A DNA stretch of 64,000 nt from an uncultured delta proteobacterium (GTDB lineage Bacteria > Desulfobacterota > RBG-13-43-22). How positions within the stretch are numbered: the stretch's first letter is position 1; each line of letters begins with the position of its first letter. The notes below the pieces were generated by a model, which saw nothing but the letters and a program-made list of their open reading frames with translations, was not told where the DNA came from and searched no databases. Location of the stretch: NCBI GenBank assembly GCA_963743305.1, contig CAVUPH010000022.1, forward strand, positions 1-64,000. Reading direction: 5' to 3'. Shown here one piece after another: positions 22,066 through 32,367 of this stretch. The position numbers and the translations under genes were made by a program.

Positions 22066-22078
22066 TAATTAATTGATT
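22066..22078 (-). promoter_or_regulatory. IHF-like binding site between the UAS and the sigma54 promoter
   Basis: Reverse complement AATCAATTAATTA matches WATCAANNNNTTR. Confidence 0.45.
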
Positions 22079-22118
22079 TTAAAAGATTATTTTAGTATTC
22101 TCCTCATTCCCAACCTGC

Positions 22119-22134
22119 TGGTAGGGTACTTGCA
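22119..22134 (+). promoter_or_regulatory. sigma54 (-24/-12) promoter of cls
   Basis: TGGTA-GGGTAC-TTGCA, 99 bp from the UAS end. Confidence 0.7.
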
Positions 22135-22167
22135 TTGGTTATCTTCATGATTCCGGTCACCAGACGA

Positions 22168-23562
22168 ATGAAGATTATTAAGCCGTTCTTACTGTTCCTT
22201 TCCATCTTGACCCTCGGCGGGTGTGCTTCCCTGCCGAATGTTACTGAAAAGATTCAGGAAGCGCCCGTTACCCGAAATTCTCCTCAAATCCTTTCGGCCA
22301 AAGGACTGTTATCACCCCATCAGAGCAAAATCCTCGTGGAACGATTGCAACGATCCGTCGACCCAACGGATATTCTGCAACGTTATCTTGCCCTTATAGA
22401 ATCGCTGAGTGAGAGCCCGTTAACCAAAGGGAACAAAGTCACTTTGCTCGTTGATGGTCCAGCCACCTATGCCGCCATGTTCAAAGCGATCCGAAAGGCG
22501 AAAGACCATATCAATCTGGAAACCTTTATCATCGAAGACATCACGGTCAATGATGAAACGGGGCTGAAACTGGCCGATCTCTTGTTGCAAAAACAGGCGG
22601 CCGGTGTTCAGGTGAATCTCCTTTATGACAGCTTAGGCAGTAACAGCACCCCCGCTTCCTTCTTCCAGCGTCTGCGTGCGGGAGGGATTCAGGTGGTCGA
22701 ATTTAACCCGATAAATCCGATTAAGGCCCGCGGAAAATGGCGTCTGGCCAAATCGGATCATCGCAAGATTTTGATCGTCGACGGCCGGGTCGCTTTTACC
22801 GGGGGCGTCAACATCAGCCAGGTCTATTCGAGCGGGCTTTCCGGAAGGGGGGAACACGACCAGGCCCACATCCCCTGGCGGGATACCGACATTCAAATTG
22901 AAGGGCCGGCAGTGGCTGAGTTCCAAAAGCTTTTTCTGTCCACCTGGCAGAGGCAGCAGGGCGCGAAACTGTCCGAACGGAACTACTTCCCCGAATTGAA
23001 AAAGGAGGAGGGGAATACCCTGGTGGGAGTGGTCGCCAGCAGTCCGGGAGAGGCCAACAGGCTCACTTTTATTCTCTATGTGTCCGCCATCACCTTTTCC
23101 GAGCATTCGCTTCATATGACCAATGCCTATTTTGTCCCCGACCACCAGACCGTAGAGGCCCTCACGGATGCCGCTAAGCGCGGGGTCGAGGTGAAGATTA
23201 TTCTTTCCGGAACCACCGATTCTTCACTGGCTCAATATGCCGGACAATATTTTTATTCCGAACTTCTGGAAGCAGGGGTAAGGTTATACCGGCGTAATAA
23301 GGTTCTCTTGCATGCCAAAACGCTGGTCATTGACGGCCTCTGGTCGACAGTCGGCTCTACCAATATGGATTTCTGGAGTTTTTCAACCAATGATGAAGTG
23401 AACGCGATTATTCTGAGCCGTACGTTCGCCCTGGAGATGGAGAAGATGTTTGCCACGGATCTGGCGGAGTCCGGCGAGATTCGCTGGGAAGAGTGGAGAA
23501 ATAGACCGTTGCTTTCCAAAATCCGGGAGCGGTTAGCCCATTTGCTCTCCCGCTGGCTTTAG
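22168..23562 (+). CDS. cls: Cardiolipin synthase (PLD family) with lipoprotein-like N-terminus
   Basis: Two HKD motifs (HRKILIVD, HAKTLVID), WRDTD, GSTNMD; likely start MKIIK...LGGC. Confidence 0.85.
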   Translation: MKIIKPFLLFLSILTLGGCASLPNVTEKIQEAPVTRNSPQILSAKGLLSPHQSKILVERLQRSVDPTDILQRYLALIESLSESPLTKGNKVTLLVDGPATYAAMFKAIRKAKDHINLETFIIEDITVNDETGLKLADLLLQKQAAGVQVNLLYDSLGSNSTPASFFQRLRAGGIQVVEFNPINPIKARGKWRLAKSDHRKILIVDGRVAFTGGVNISQVYSSGLSGRGEHDQAHIPWRDTDIQIEGPAVAEFQKLFLSTWQRQQGAKLSERNYFPELKKEEGNTLVGVVASSPGEANRLTFILYVSAITFSEHSLHMTNAYFVPDHQTVEALTDAAKRGVEVKIILSGTTDSSLAQYAGQYFYSELLEAGVRLYRRNKVLLHAKTLVIDGLWSTVGSTNMDFWSFSTNDEVNAIILSRTFALEMEKMFATDLAESGEIRWEEWRNRPLLSKIRERLAHLLSRWL

Positions 23563-23580
23563 AAAATCATAATTAATGAG

Positions 23581-24225
23581 TTGAGTGATTCAATCGGAAT
23601 TGATAGAGATGGTGAGTTGAAAAATCCTCTGACCCGGAGAATAATTTTTTCAAGGGGTCTTTTAAAAGCAATTTCCTGGTTATTGATTTTCGTGCCCTTA
23701 GGTCTGGCGGCAGCGTCTGATCGACCGATCCGTTGGGCCACAGCGATCCAAATGCCAGGGGTGGGTGATTTTTATAAGGTCACCGATTATCTTTATCGAA
23801 GTGAACAGCCGACCGAAGAGGGAATGCGGAATCTCGCCCAAATGGGTATAAAAACCGTGATCAATTTGAGGGTCTTCCATTCCGATGCGGACAAAAACAA
23901 AAAGGCGGGATTGCGTATTGAAGAATTAAGCGTCAAGCCCTGGCATATAGAAGATGAAGACGTGGTCAGGGTTTTGCGCATAATAAAAAAGAAAGACAAT
24001 GGTCCATACTTAATGCACTGCTGGCGGGGGGCGGATAGACTCGGCGTTATGGTGGCCATGTTTAGGATTGTGGAACAAGGATGGACGAAAAAGGAGGCGA
24101 TTGATGAAATGGTCAACGGGGGCTATGGATTTCATAAGAAGTGGTTCAACATCGTTGACTATGTCAAGAAGGTAGACGTAGAAAAAATACGAAAAAAAGT
24201 GGATCAAGCCGCACGTAGCCATTAA
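23581..24225 (+). CDS. Dual-specificity/tyrosine phosphatase family protein (exported)
   Basis: YRSEQP, GIKTVINLR, CX5R loop HCWRGADR. Start position uncertain. Confidence 0.8.
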   Translation: MSDSIGIDRDGELKNPLTRRIIFSRGLLKAISWLLIFVPLGLAAASDRPIRWATAIQMPGVGDFYKVTDYLYRSEQPTEEGMRNLAQMGIKTVINLRVFHSDADKNKKAGLRIEELSVKPWHIEDEDVVRVLRIIKKKDNGPYLMHCWRGADRLGVMVAMFRIVEQGWTKKEAIDEMVNGGYGFHKKWFNIVDYVKKVDVEKIRKKVDQAARSH

Positions 24226-24481
24226 GCGCAAATGCTCTCGCAGGGGCTTCAACAGGTTTTCGCCCCTTAAATAGTGGACGCTTCCCCCTTTTGGGTGGGT
24301 ACCCCCCCCCCGATCTGGTATGGCCACGGAGGCCCGATTTCAGGTTAACCTACAATATATTGTGGCCACCCGCCCAAACGGACAAACCACCAAGAAATTA
24401 TCTCGGAAGAGAAGAGAAGCATTGACCAATCTCGGAGTACCTACCTCCTGCTTAACCGCCAGAACGGTAACGAGGGCGACG

Positions 24482-24892
24482 ATGGTCGGCCTGCTGATGC
24501 TCGTGAACCTGTTGTTAGGCCCTCACCTGCTCCCGGCGGCTCCGGTCCCGGTGCGCTTCGTCGAAGGGGTCACGCACGGTTTTCTTCTGCTGCGCACGGT
24601 CGCCGGCGCCCTCATTGCCTCGGGCGATCTCCTCCAGGTCGGCCGGGGCGGATCGGTCGAGAGCCGCATGGTGTTCCACTTCAAGGACGGGTCGTTATTT
24701 GACGAGACGGTGGTATTCACCCAGCAGCACGTTTTTACCGTTGTGAAAAATCTGCCCAAGGGGTCCGGCGAGACCGTCCACCTCGTGGCCTTTACTCCCG
24801 CTCCCCGGATCATCCAACTAGAGCTGGCGCCGAAAGGCGAGCACAAGATGATGGTCGGCGAACAGGCGAAAACCGCGATCCACGCGAACTAA
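24482..24892 (+). pseudogene. Probably truncated or internally deleted conserved secreted hypothetical protein
   Basis: Signal peptide plus PVPVRFVEGVTHGFLLL..FKDGSLFDETVVF, an abrupt join to TVVKNLPKG and an early stop. Comparison with longer homologs is from memory only. Confidence 0.35.
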
Positions 24893-25003
24893 CTAAAGCG
24901 GGCTTCGGCGCCCCGCCGCCGATGAAAATCTCAACCCAAAGACAAAGGCTCAAGCCGACTGCCCTGATCACCAACAACAGGCTGCAATGAGAGGAAGCCA
25001 TGG

Positions 25004-25345
25004 ATGTACGAACATCGAACGCACCCCATCCTCAGTAGAGCCGATTTTACTAAACGCGTCGCTCGCCATTCGTTGCTCGCCATTATTGTCCTTTCCTTGG
25101 CTTTGGGGATCGGGGTTGCCGGTTACCACTTCCTGGGAGAACTGGCATGGCTGGATGCGCTGCTCAATGCTTCGATGATTCTGGGCGGAATGGGACCTGT
25201 GGATCCTCTCCATAAACCCGTGGCAAAACTTTTCGCCTCCTGTTACGCCTTGTTTTCTGGGTTGGCGTTCATCGGCGTGGCATCCTTGTTGGTGGCGCCG
25301 TTCGCTCACCGTTTATTGCACCGCTTCCACCTGGAGGAACCATAA
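25004..25345 (+). CDS. Small 2-3 TM membrane protein (ion channel pore-like hypothetical)
   Basis: GYHF..WLDALLNASMILGGMGP..KLFASCYALFSG. Confidence 0.6.
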   Translation: MYEHRTHPILSRADFTKRVARHSLLAIIVLSLALGIGVAGYHFLGELAWLDALLNASMILGGMGPVDPLHKPVAKLFASCYALFSGLAFIGVASLLVAPFAHRLLHRFHLEEP

Positions 25346-25570
25346 AAGAAACACAGCCTTGTCCAGGGGGAGGGGACATCGGAGCGAGGTCTTATCATTG
25401 ATTCCACGGTCTTGAAAGAACCCCGTGGGTACCCGGCGACGCGGAACTCGATTCCTTGACAATCCCGAGAAAATAGATAAAATCAGAATAGTTACCTTCC
25501 CCACCCTTCCCCATCAAGGGGGAGGAGGAGCAGGGCGCGGAAAATTTTACGAGTCAGGAAGAAGAATCCA

Positions 25571-26552
25571 TTGAAAGCCCTGGTCACCGGAGGCACGGGA
25601 TTTATCGGAAGCCATCTGACAGAAGCGCTTATCCGAAAAGGAGTGGAAGTTCGTTGTCTTATCCGAAAAACCAGCGATTTGAGGTGGCTGAAGGGTCTTC
25701 CTGTCGAATTCGTTCCGGGCGATTGTAATGATAAGGCCTCGTTGGCAGAAGTCGTCAGGGGCGTCGATTGGGTGTTCCACTTGGCCGGAGCGACCAAGGC
25801 AATCAAAGAGGAAACCTATTTTGAGGTCAATGGCTTGGGAACGGAAAATCTGATCCAGGCTTGTCTTCGAAAATAATCCTCGTCTTCAAAAATTCATCTA
25901 TATTTCCAGCCAAGCAGCGGCCGGCCCAAGCAGAAGTGGCAGCAACAAAAAGGAGTTAGACCCCTGTGAGCCGGTTTCCATTTATGGCCGGAGCAAGCGC
26001 CGGGGAGAGGAAGCGGTTCTCGCCCAAGCGCATGAACTGCCAGGGCTCATCCTTCGGCCTTCTGCGGTCTACGGACCACGGGATAAAGACATCCTGGCCT
26101 TGTTCCAATGCCTCTCCAGAAGGATCAAACCCTGTCTTACCGGTCGGCGTCAACACCTTAGCCTCTGTTATGTGCAGGATATCGTCCAAGGAATTCTATT
26201 GGCCGTTGAGACTCAAGTCCGGAGTGGGGAAATCTTTTTTCTCTCTGACGGCCAGGACTACCGGATTGAGGAGATCGGTGATATTTTTGCAAAGGTCATG
26301 GGATTAACGGCTCTGCGCATCCGAGTCCCCGAACGAATGGTAGTGGGAATCGCTTGTTTTTCGGAATATTTGTCTAAATTGTTTGGGCGACCTGCTCTCC
26401 TTAACAGGGATAAAGTCGAAGAAATAGTCCAAAAGGAGTGGGTTTGCGACATCGCCAAAGCCAAAACCCTCTTAGGCTTTGAACCAAGGGTTTCACTCTC
26501 GGAAGGGGCCAGATTGACCTTCGAATGGTACAAAAGAGAAAAATGGTTATAA
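25571..26552 (+). CDS. NAD-dependent epimerase/SDR (CerR-like by context); frameshift near 25868
   Basis: VTGGTGFIG and FHLAG; after the shift KFIYISSQAAAGP..YGRSK (YxxxK), then continuous into ORF 26100..26552. Confidence 0.8.
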
Positions 26553-26565
26553 CCTAAGAACGAGG

Positions 26566-27753
26566 ATGTTCATGGATATCTTTGAAAAATGCGCACAAGC
26601 TTTGGAGTACGAATCCGGATTGAGGCAGAGCGGCCATTATTTCCTGTTCAGGAATCTAGAATCCCCGCAGGCTTCTGAGGTGCTGGTCAACGGGAAGAAG
26701 CTGATCATGATCGGCTCCAATAATTATCTTGGACTCACCAACCACCCCCGGGTGAAGGAAGCCGCAATCAAAGCCATTGAAAAATACGGTACGGGCTGTG
26801 CCGGCTCACGGTTTCTAAATGGCAATCTTGATATCCACGAAGCGCTGGAACAGAAGCTGGCGAGGTTCTTGCGGAAGGATGCCGCTCTGGTCTTCGCCAC
26901 CGGCTACCAAACCAATTTGGGGGCGATCTCCGCTCTTGTCGGGCGGAACGATGTGGCTATAATCGATATGTACGATCATGCCAGCATCATGGACGGCTGT
27001 CGCCTCTCCTTCGGCGAGGTCAAGAAATACCGGCATAATGACATGGACGCCCTGGAGAGAGCCCTCGAAGGAACCAAGGAAAAAGACAAACTGATTATCA
27101 TCGATGGCGTCTTCAGCATGGAAGGCGATCTCGCCGATCTCCCGGCCATTGTGAAGTTAGCCAAGGCCTATGGGGCCAGGATCATGCTGGATGACGCCCA
27201 CGCGATCGGCGTTCTTGGAGAGGGAGGACGGGGAACGGCGGAGCATTTCGGCCTGGAAAACGAAGTGGATCTTATCATGGGAACCCACAGCAAATCCCTG
27301 GCCGCGATCGGCGGCTTTGTCGCCGGGCCAGCCGAGGTGATCAGTTGGATCAAACACCTGGCTCGCTCGATGATGTTCAGCGCCAGCCTCCCCCCCGCCT
27401 TGGTGGCAGCGGCGAGCACCGCTTTGGACATCATTGAAGAAGAGCCCGAATTAAGAGCCCGGCTTTGGAAAAATACGCACCAGATGCTGAGCGGATTTAA
27501 GAGGCTCGGGTACGATACCGGAAAAAGCGAAACCCCGATCATTCCCGTGGTTATTAAAGACACCCTGAAAACGTACGAGATGTGCAGGCTCCTCTTTGAA
27601 AACGGGGTCTTTGTCAATGCGGTCACCAGCCCGGCAGTACCGCCAGGACGAGAACTCCTGAGGACCAGTTACATGGCGACCCATACGGAGGAACAGTTGG
27701 TTAAGGTCTTGACCGCCTTCGAAAAGGTGGGAAGACAGGTGGGGGTGATCTGA
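26566..27753 (+). CDS. spt: Serine palmitoyltransferase (PLP alpha-oxoamine synthase)
   Basis: GSNNYLGL, GTGCAGSRFLNG, DHASIMDG, DDAH, GTHSKS (PLP Lys), LRTSYMATH; gene context supports Spt over BioF or Kbl. Confidence 0.75.
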   Translation: MFMDIFEKCAQALEYESGLRQSGHYFLFRNLESPQASEVLVNGKKLIMIGSNNYLGLTNHPRVKEAAIKAIEKYGTGCAGSRFLNGNLDIHEALEQKLARFLRKDAALVFATGYQTNLGAISALVGRNDVAIIDMYDHASIMDGCRLSFGEVKKYRHNDMDALERALEGTKEKDKLIIIDGVFSMEGDLADLPAIVKLAKAYGARIMLDDAHAIGVLGEGGRGTAEHFGLENEVDLIMGTHSKSLAAIGGFVAGPAEVISWIKHLARSMMFSASLPPALVAAASTALDIIEEEPELRARLWKNTHQMLSGFKRLGYDTGKSETPIIPVVIKDTLKTYEMCRLLFENGVFVNAVTSPAVPPGRELLRTSYMATHTEEQLVKVLTAFEKVGRQVGVI

Positions 27754-27809
27754 CGGAAACCCATGACCCGACGACCGGCCGCCGGCAGAGGAAGACCGGT
27801 TGGCCGGGG

Positions 27810-28673
27810 GTGAACCTAAAGGCAACGGACGGAATAACCCTACTCTATAACTGCATCCTGGTTATTTTTACTCTAATTTTCAGGGTCAGGATCGCGGACT
27901 ACCAATACCATCTCGCTTTAAACCTCTCCGTTATCCTGCTAGTCCTTTTATTAAGCTTCAGCAGGCGGAGCCATTGGTCGGTTGGCTCGGTTAGCCTGTG
28001 GTACCCCTTGGTCCTCTATGCCCCACTCTACTATCAGACCGGGTTGATCAACAGGGTGGTCGTGCCCCGGTTCCTGGATGGCTTCTTTATGAATCTGGAT
28101 GTCCGGATTTTCGGCGAATTCCCCGCCTTTTTCCTCCGGGGGAAACAGGGGAATGCCTTCCTCGACGAGTTTTTTCACTTTTTTTATTTTAGTTATTATC
28201 TGATAATTCCTCTGACCGGCATTTTACTATTCCGCAAGGAGGTGAAGCTCTTCGAGCGTTTTGTGTTCCAGCTTTCCTCCTTGTTCTACCTCTGTTTTCT
28301 TATCTTCATCTTCCTGCCGGTTGAGGGACCGATCGCCTGGCGAAATGAATATTTTCATCCGGGCGGCCTGTTTCAGGCCCTGGTCGATTTTATTTATACC
28401 GGGGGAGAAAATCCCGGCGCCGCCTTTCCCAGTTCCCACGTGGCCGCTACGTTTCTGGTAGCCTGGTGGGGGAGCAGGCAATTTAAAAGAATGAAAATCG
28501 CTTACTGGTTGACTTTTCTGTTCCTGTCCATGGCCACCGTTTACTGCATGTTTCACTATGCCGTCGATGTTATTGCCGGGTTGATCCTCGGGATCCTCGC
28601 CGTACTTACGCTGGAGCGGATAGGCAGAAAACGTCCATACGAAAAGCCTCTTCCTGGAACGTGTCCAGAGTAG
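27810..28673 (+). CDS. PAP2-family membrane protein (AUR1/IPC-synthase-like)
   Basis: Multi-TM; YFSYY, PVEGP, AFPSSH, HYAVDV. Confidence 0.75.
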   Translation: MNLKATDGITLLYNCILVIFTLIFRVRIADYQYHLALNLSVILLVLLLSFSRRSHWSVGSVSLWYPLVLYAPLYYQTGLINRVVVPRFLDGFFMNLDVRIFGEFPAFFLRGKQGNAFLDEFFHFFYFSYYLIIPLTGILLFRKEVKLFERFVFQLSSLFYLCFLIFIFLPVEGPIAWRNEYFHPGGLFQALVDFIYTGGENPGAAFPSSHVAATFLVAWWGSRQFKRMKIAYWLTFLFLSMATVYCMFHYAVDVIAGLILGILAVLTLERIGRKRPYEKPLPGTCPE

Positions 28674-28728
28674 CGGAGAACCGCAAAAGGCCGCAAGGAA
28701 GTGCCCGAGCCTGCTAGAAGGGCGGCAC

Positions 28729-29232
28729 CTACGGCATTATCTTTTCGCGGCGCGGCTCCCCGGTCTGTAGGTCTTTGCCGTACACCTCGATATACTGGAT
28801 TTTGGGCCCTATCAGCCCGTCGGAGACCTTGATGTACATCCTCTCCAAGACCGCCGGCCGGCCGTCGATGACCGCCTCGGCCCGGAAGGCGTCCGCCCCC
28901 TTCTTCACGGTGATCGGCTGCTCGGGGGCGGCCACCAGGATCATTTTATACCCGTCAGCCGACTGGTCCGGCTTAATGGTAAAACCGTAGGCCTTTTTCT
29001 TCTCGATCCAACTGAGTCTCTCCCGGCGACCGTCCTCGGCGAGCATAATCCAGTAGGCGATCACCGGTTCCCCGGGATCCAGCTTGCCGTCGGCGGTAAG
29101 CCGGGCGTCGAAATGGACGACATTGGCGTTCCTGCTCCGCTCGATGACGAACAGCGGCGAAGTTCTAATCTGGGCCGCGGCCGACGCGGCCAGCAATGGC
29201 AGAACGGCGAACAACCAGATGGCCTTTTTCAT
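28729..29232 (-). CDS. DUF4833 family exported protein
   Basis: LFVIERSRNANVVHFD..PVIAYW..LSWIEKKKAYG..YIEVYGKD. Confidence 0.7.
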   Translation of the reverse strand: MKKAIWLFAVLPLLAASAAAQIRTSPLFVIERSRNANVVHFDARLTADGKLDPGEPVIAYWIMLAEDGRRERLSWIEKKKAYGFTIKPDQSADGYKMILVAAPEQPITVKKGADAFRAEAVIDGRPAVLERMYIKVSDGLIGPKIQYIEVYGKDLQTGEPRREKIMP

Positions 29233-29310
29233 GGGACCTCCTGTCTGGATAGGGGTTTCCTTTTTAACTTGAGATTTTAATCAGGGCTGCTGTATTATCT
29301 TACAGTAAGT

Positions 29311-29583
29311 TTGATGCCGGAGGAAGAAATTGTGTCCACTTTGGAGAGACTGAAAAAACTTTTTATAGCCAAGTTTGATTTCAACCTTGAGGAACTTAAG
29401 CCCACGACAACGCTCGAATATTTGGGTCTCGATTCTCTCGATATCATCGAGTTCATGTTTGATATGGAAAACGAATTCAATATCAGAATTCCTGACCGAG
29501 AGTTTACGGTAACCACCATACAGGATATGGTTAAGGCTTTGGACCGGCTCATCTCGGAACAAAAGGACAGGGATGTCCAGTGA
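29311..29583 (+). CDS. acpP: Acyl carrier protein
   Basis: LGLDSLD phosphopantetheine motif; acidic, about 90 aa. Confidence 0.85.
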   Translation: MMPEEEIVSTLERLKKLFIAKFDFNLEELKPTTTLEYLGLDSLDIIEFMFDMENEFNIRIPDREFTVTTIQDMVKALDRLISEQKDRDVQ

Positions 29584-29635
29584 TAAGCAGTCCTAATGGA
29601 GCTTGAGGTAATGTGAATGCGGAGATTCCATTGAT

Positions 29636-30873
29636 ATGAAACGGAAAGTTGCCGTCACCGGGTTGGGCATTATTTCTTCTTGTGGGAAGACTATCGATGA
29701 TTTCTCATTGAATCTCCTGGCCGGCAAGTCTGGAGTCAGAAGAATCTCTTCAGCCTATTCAAGCCAGCTTTCAGTGAAAATTGCCGCTGAAGTCGATTTT
29801 AATCCTCTCGACTATTTCAATCAGAAACAAGTTCCCAAAATGGACCGTGTCAACCAATTCGCCTTAGCAGCCGCTTCTCAAGCCTGGAAAGATTCAGGAC
29901 TGTCTCTCAATGCGCCAGAGAAAGAGCGAGCGGGAGTTTATATCGGTTGCGCTATGGGCGGGGAAATACCATTGAGGATTTATACGATCAATTATTTAAA
30001 CATAACGCCGACAGGGTAAAACCGCTCACGGTGCTCATGGTGATGAATAGCGCTTCGGCCTCCCATATATCGATAGCCTATGGTCTCTCCGGACCCTGCT
30101 TGACGCTGTCTACTGCCTGTGCTTCCTCGGCCAACGCTATCGGGGAGGCTTTCCGGCAAGTCAGAGATGGATATGTTGACGTCTTGCTCGCCGGAGGGGC
30201 CGAGGCCTTTTTGAACTATGGAGGTTTCCGGAGCTGGGAATCTCTCCGGGTGCTGGCTGACGAAGATCCTGAAGATCCGTCAAAATCCTGCAAGCCCTTT
30301 TCCAAAAACCGTACCGGGTTAGTACTGGGTGAAGGTGCCGCCCTGGTGGTGCTTGAGGAGATGGAGAGGGCCGTACGACGGGGAGCGCCGATTTACGCAG
30401 AGCTTATTGGGCTATGGTTCCACCTCCGATGCCGTCCATATTACCGACCCGCCCTCGAAGGGCAGGCACGAGCGATGGCGGAAGCACTCCAAGAGGCAGG
30501 CGTATCGCCCAAGGATATAGACTACATCAACGCCCATGGGACGGCCACCCAGTGGAATGATCTGTTGGAGACACAGGCCATCAAGCAGGTCTTTGGCGAT
30601 ATTGCCGGCAACGTTCCCGTCAGTTCTACCAAATCGATGCATGGCCACACCATTGGAGCAGCAGGGGCCATTGAATTTATTGTTTCACTGCTGGCGATAA
30701 AAAATCAAGCCGTTCCCCCAACGATTAACCTGGACCAACCTGACCCGGAGTGCGACCTCGACTATGTTCCGAATATTGGCCGCAAAGGGGTGAAAGTGAA
30801 TTTCGTGATGTCCAATTCTTTCGCTTTTGGGGGAACCAATGCCGTGCTTATTGCCGGGAAGATGGGGGAATAG
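29636..30873 (+). CDS. fabF: Beta-ketoacyl-ACP synthase II (FabF-like); indels near 29960 and 30410-30450
   Basis: KVAVTGLG, STACASS, INAHGTAT, KSMHGH, SNSFAFGGTN. Confidence 0.85.
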
Positions 30874-30969
30874 ACCCTGGATTCTAATTGGTTCGAAGCG
30901 GTGCGTCGGCTTTCGTCCCGTTTTGGACGGACTACCCTCAAAGCGCTGCCGCTTTTTAAGTGGCGACCG

Positions 30970-32322
30970 CTAATGATTTCCTGTTGCCTTGGCAGCCCCC
31001 GCGAAGGGTTGGGGATTTCCCAGGCTTTTTAAATAGCGTTTACGGGTGGCGAGATTGACCCCGGCGTACGCCAGGCAACCGAGTAGGGTCCTTTTCCAGG
31101 GGCTCATGCCCAGAAATCGTTTGATCATTGCTCCGGTAGAATAGGCTTGTCTGTTCAAGCGGGCGTAGCCCCCGATGAGCTCGTCAGCCGTCATGCCTTG
31201 GGGTTGAAAGAAGAGGGTATCCGGTGGATATCCTCGCAGCCACCAGTCAGGCGCCAACAACCGGCCTTCGCTGAAGAGACGCTTATAGAGCCGTGTTCCC
31301 GGATAAGGGGTGAGAATCCTCAACTGGACCACATCCATCCGACCTCTCATGATAAACTCCAGAGTCTGCTCGAACACGTCCTTGTTTTCGTAATCAAAGC
31401 CAAAAACAAAGGAGCCCAGTATACCGAAACCTTCGCCATGAAATCGCCGCATGGCCTCATAGAAATCGATCTTCAGGTTCTTTATTTTATTCACCTCCCG
31501 CTGGGTTCCTTTCTGCACCGATTCGAATCCAATCAAAAGACCTAGGCATCCCGCCCGTTCCATCAATCGGAGCAGTTCCAAATCCTCCGCTAACGACACG
31601 GTGCCCTGGGCCAGCCAGCGCCGCCGAAGGGGGATCATTTCCGTAAAGAGCTTTTTGGCCATCTTCCGGTTAAGCCCCAGGGCGTCATCGACGAAGAAGA
31701 TGTGAGGGGAATTAATAGACGCTATCTCGGCAATCACCTCCTCAACGGGCCTGACCCGATATTGCTGCCCCAAGGTTTGGCCAATGCAACAGAATTCGCA
31801 GTCGTAGGGACACCCGCGGGAGGTCTCGACGCCGATCGGGATAGGCGTATACCCCGGCTTTCGGCTGCCGGGTAATAGATCGCGCCGGGGTTTTGGTAGA
31901 CCCTGGAGATCGGTCATTTTACCGGCCCGATATATTTTTTGCATCCGCCCGGCCGCGGCATCCTCTACCAGTTGGGGCCAGACCCCTTCCGCTTCTCCCA
32001 CGACGACTGCGTCTGCATGCGCCAGGGCTTCGTCCGGCAATACTGTGGGGTGTATTCCTCCCATTACCACCGGCACACCCTTCCGGCGATAGGTGTCACC
32101 GATAGAATAGGCTCTTAGCGCCAGTTCGGTCAGGACGGTGATGCCCACCAAATCCACCTCTTGATGGATGTCATCAGGAGCAAAGGCTTCCTCGACAATG
32201 GTAATGGTGTGCCCCGGCGGGGTGAGCGCCGCCAAAAGAGGAAGATTTACCCGCTGTAGTTTGAAGGGGCTGGATATCGTGTCTTTCCGCTGTTCATGGG
32301 GTGCGATAAGTTTTATCTTCAT
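30970..32322 (-). CDS. B12-binding radical SAM protein
   Basis: N-terminal cobalamin-binding domain (VVMGGIHPT, GEAE), SRGCPYDCEFC (CxxxCxxC), LTPYPGT. Confidence 0.9.
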   Translation of the reverse strand: MKIKLIAPHEQRKDTISSPFKLQRVNLPLLAALTPPGHTITIVEEAFAPDDIHQEVDLVGITVLTELALRAYSIGDTYRRKGVPVVMGGIHPTVLPDEALAHADAVVVGEAEGVWPQLVEDAAAGRMQKIYRAGKMTDLQGLPKPRRDLLPGSRKPGYTPIPIGVETSRGCPYDCEFCCIGQTLGQQYRVRPVEEVIAEIASINSPHIFFVDDALGLNRKMAKKLFTEMIPLRRRWLAQGTVSLAEDLELLRLMERAGCLGLLIGFESVQKGTQREVNKIKNLKIDFYEAMRRFHGEGFGILGSFVFGFDYENKDVFEQTLEFIMRGRMDVVQLRILTPYPGTRLYKRLFSEGRLLAPDWWLRGYPPDTLFFQPQGMTADELIGGYARLNRQAYSTGAMIKRFLGMSPWKRTLLGCLAYAGVNLATRKRYLKSLGNPQPFAGAAKATGNH

Positions 32323-32367
32323 GACTTCACCTTTTCTAGATCATTTTCCGCAGGGGGGACTTGGCGA

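Noticed and set aside
25456-25483. sigma70 promoter (TTGACA) for the reductase-spt operon
   Set aside because: Perfect -35 but no convincing -10 at 16-18 bp, so left uncalled.
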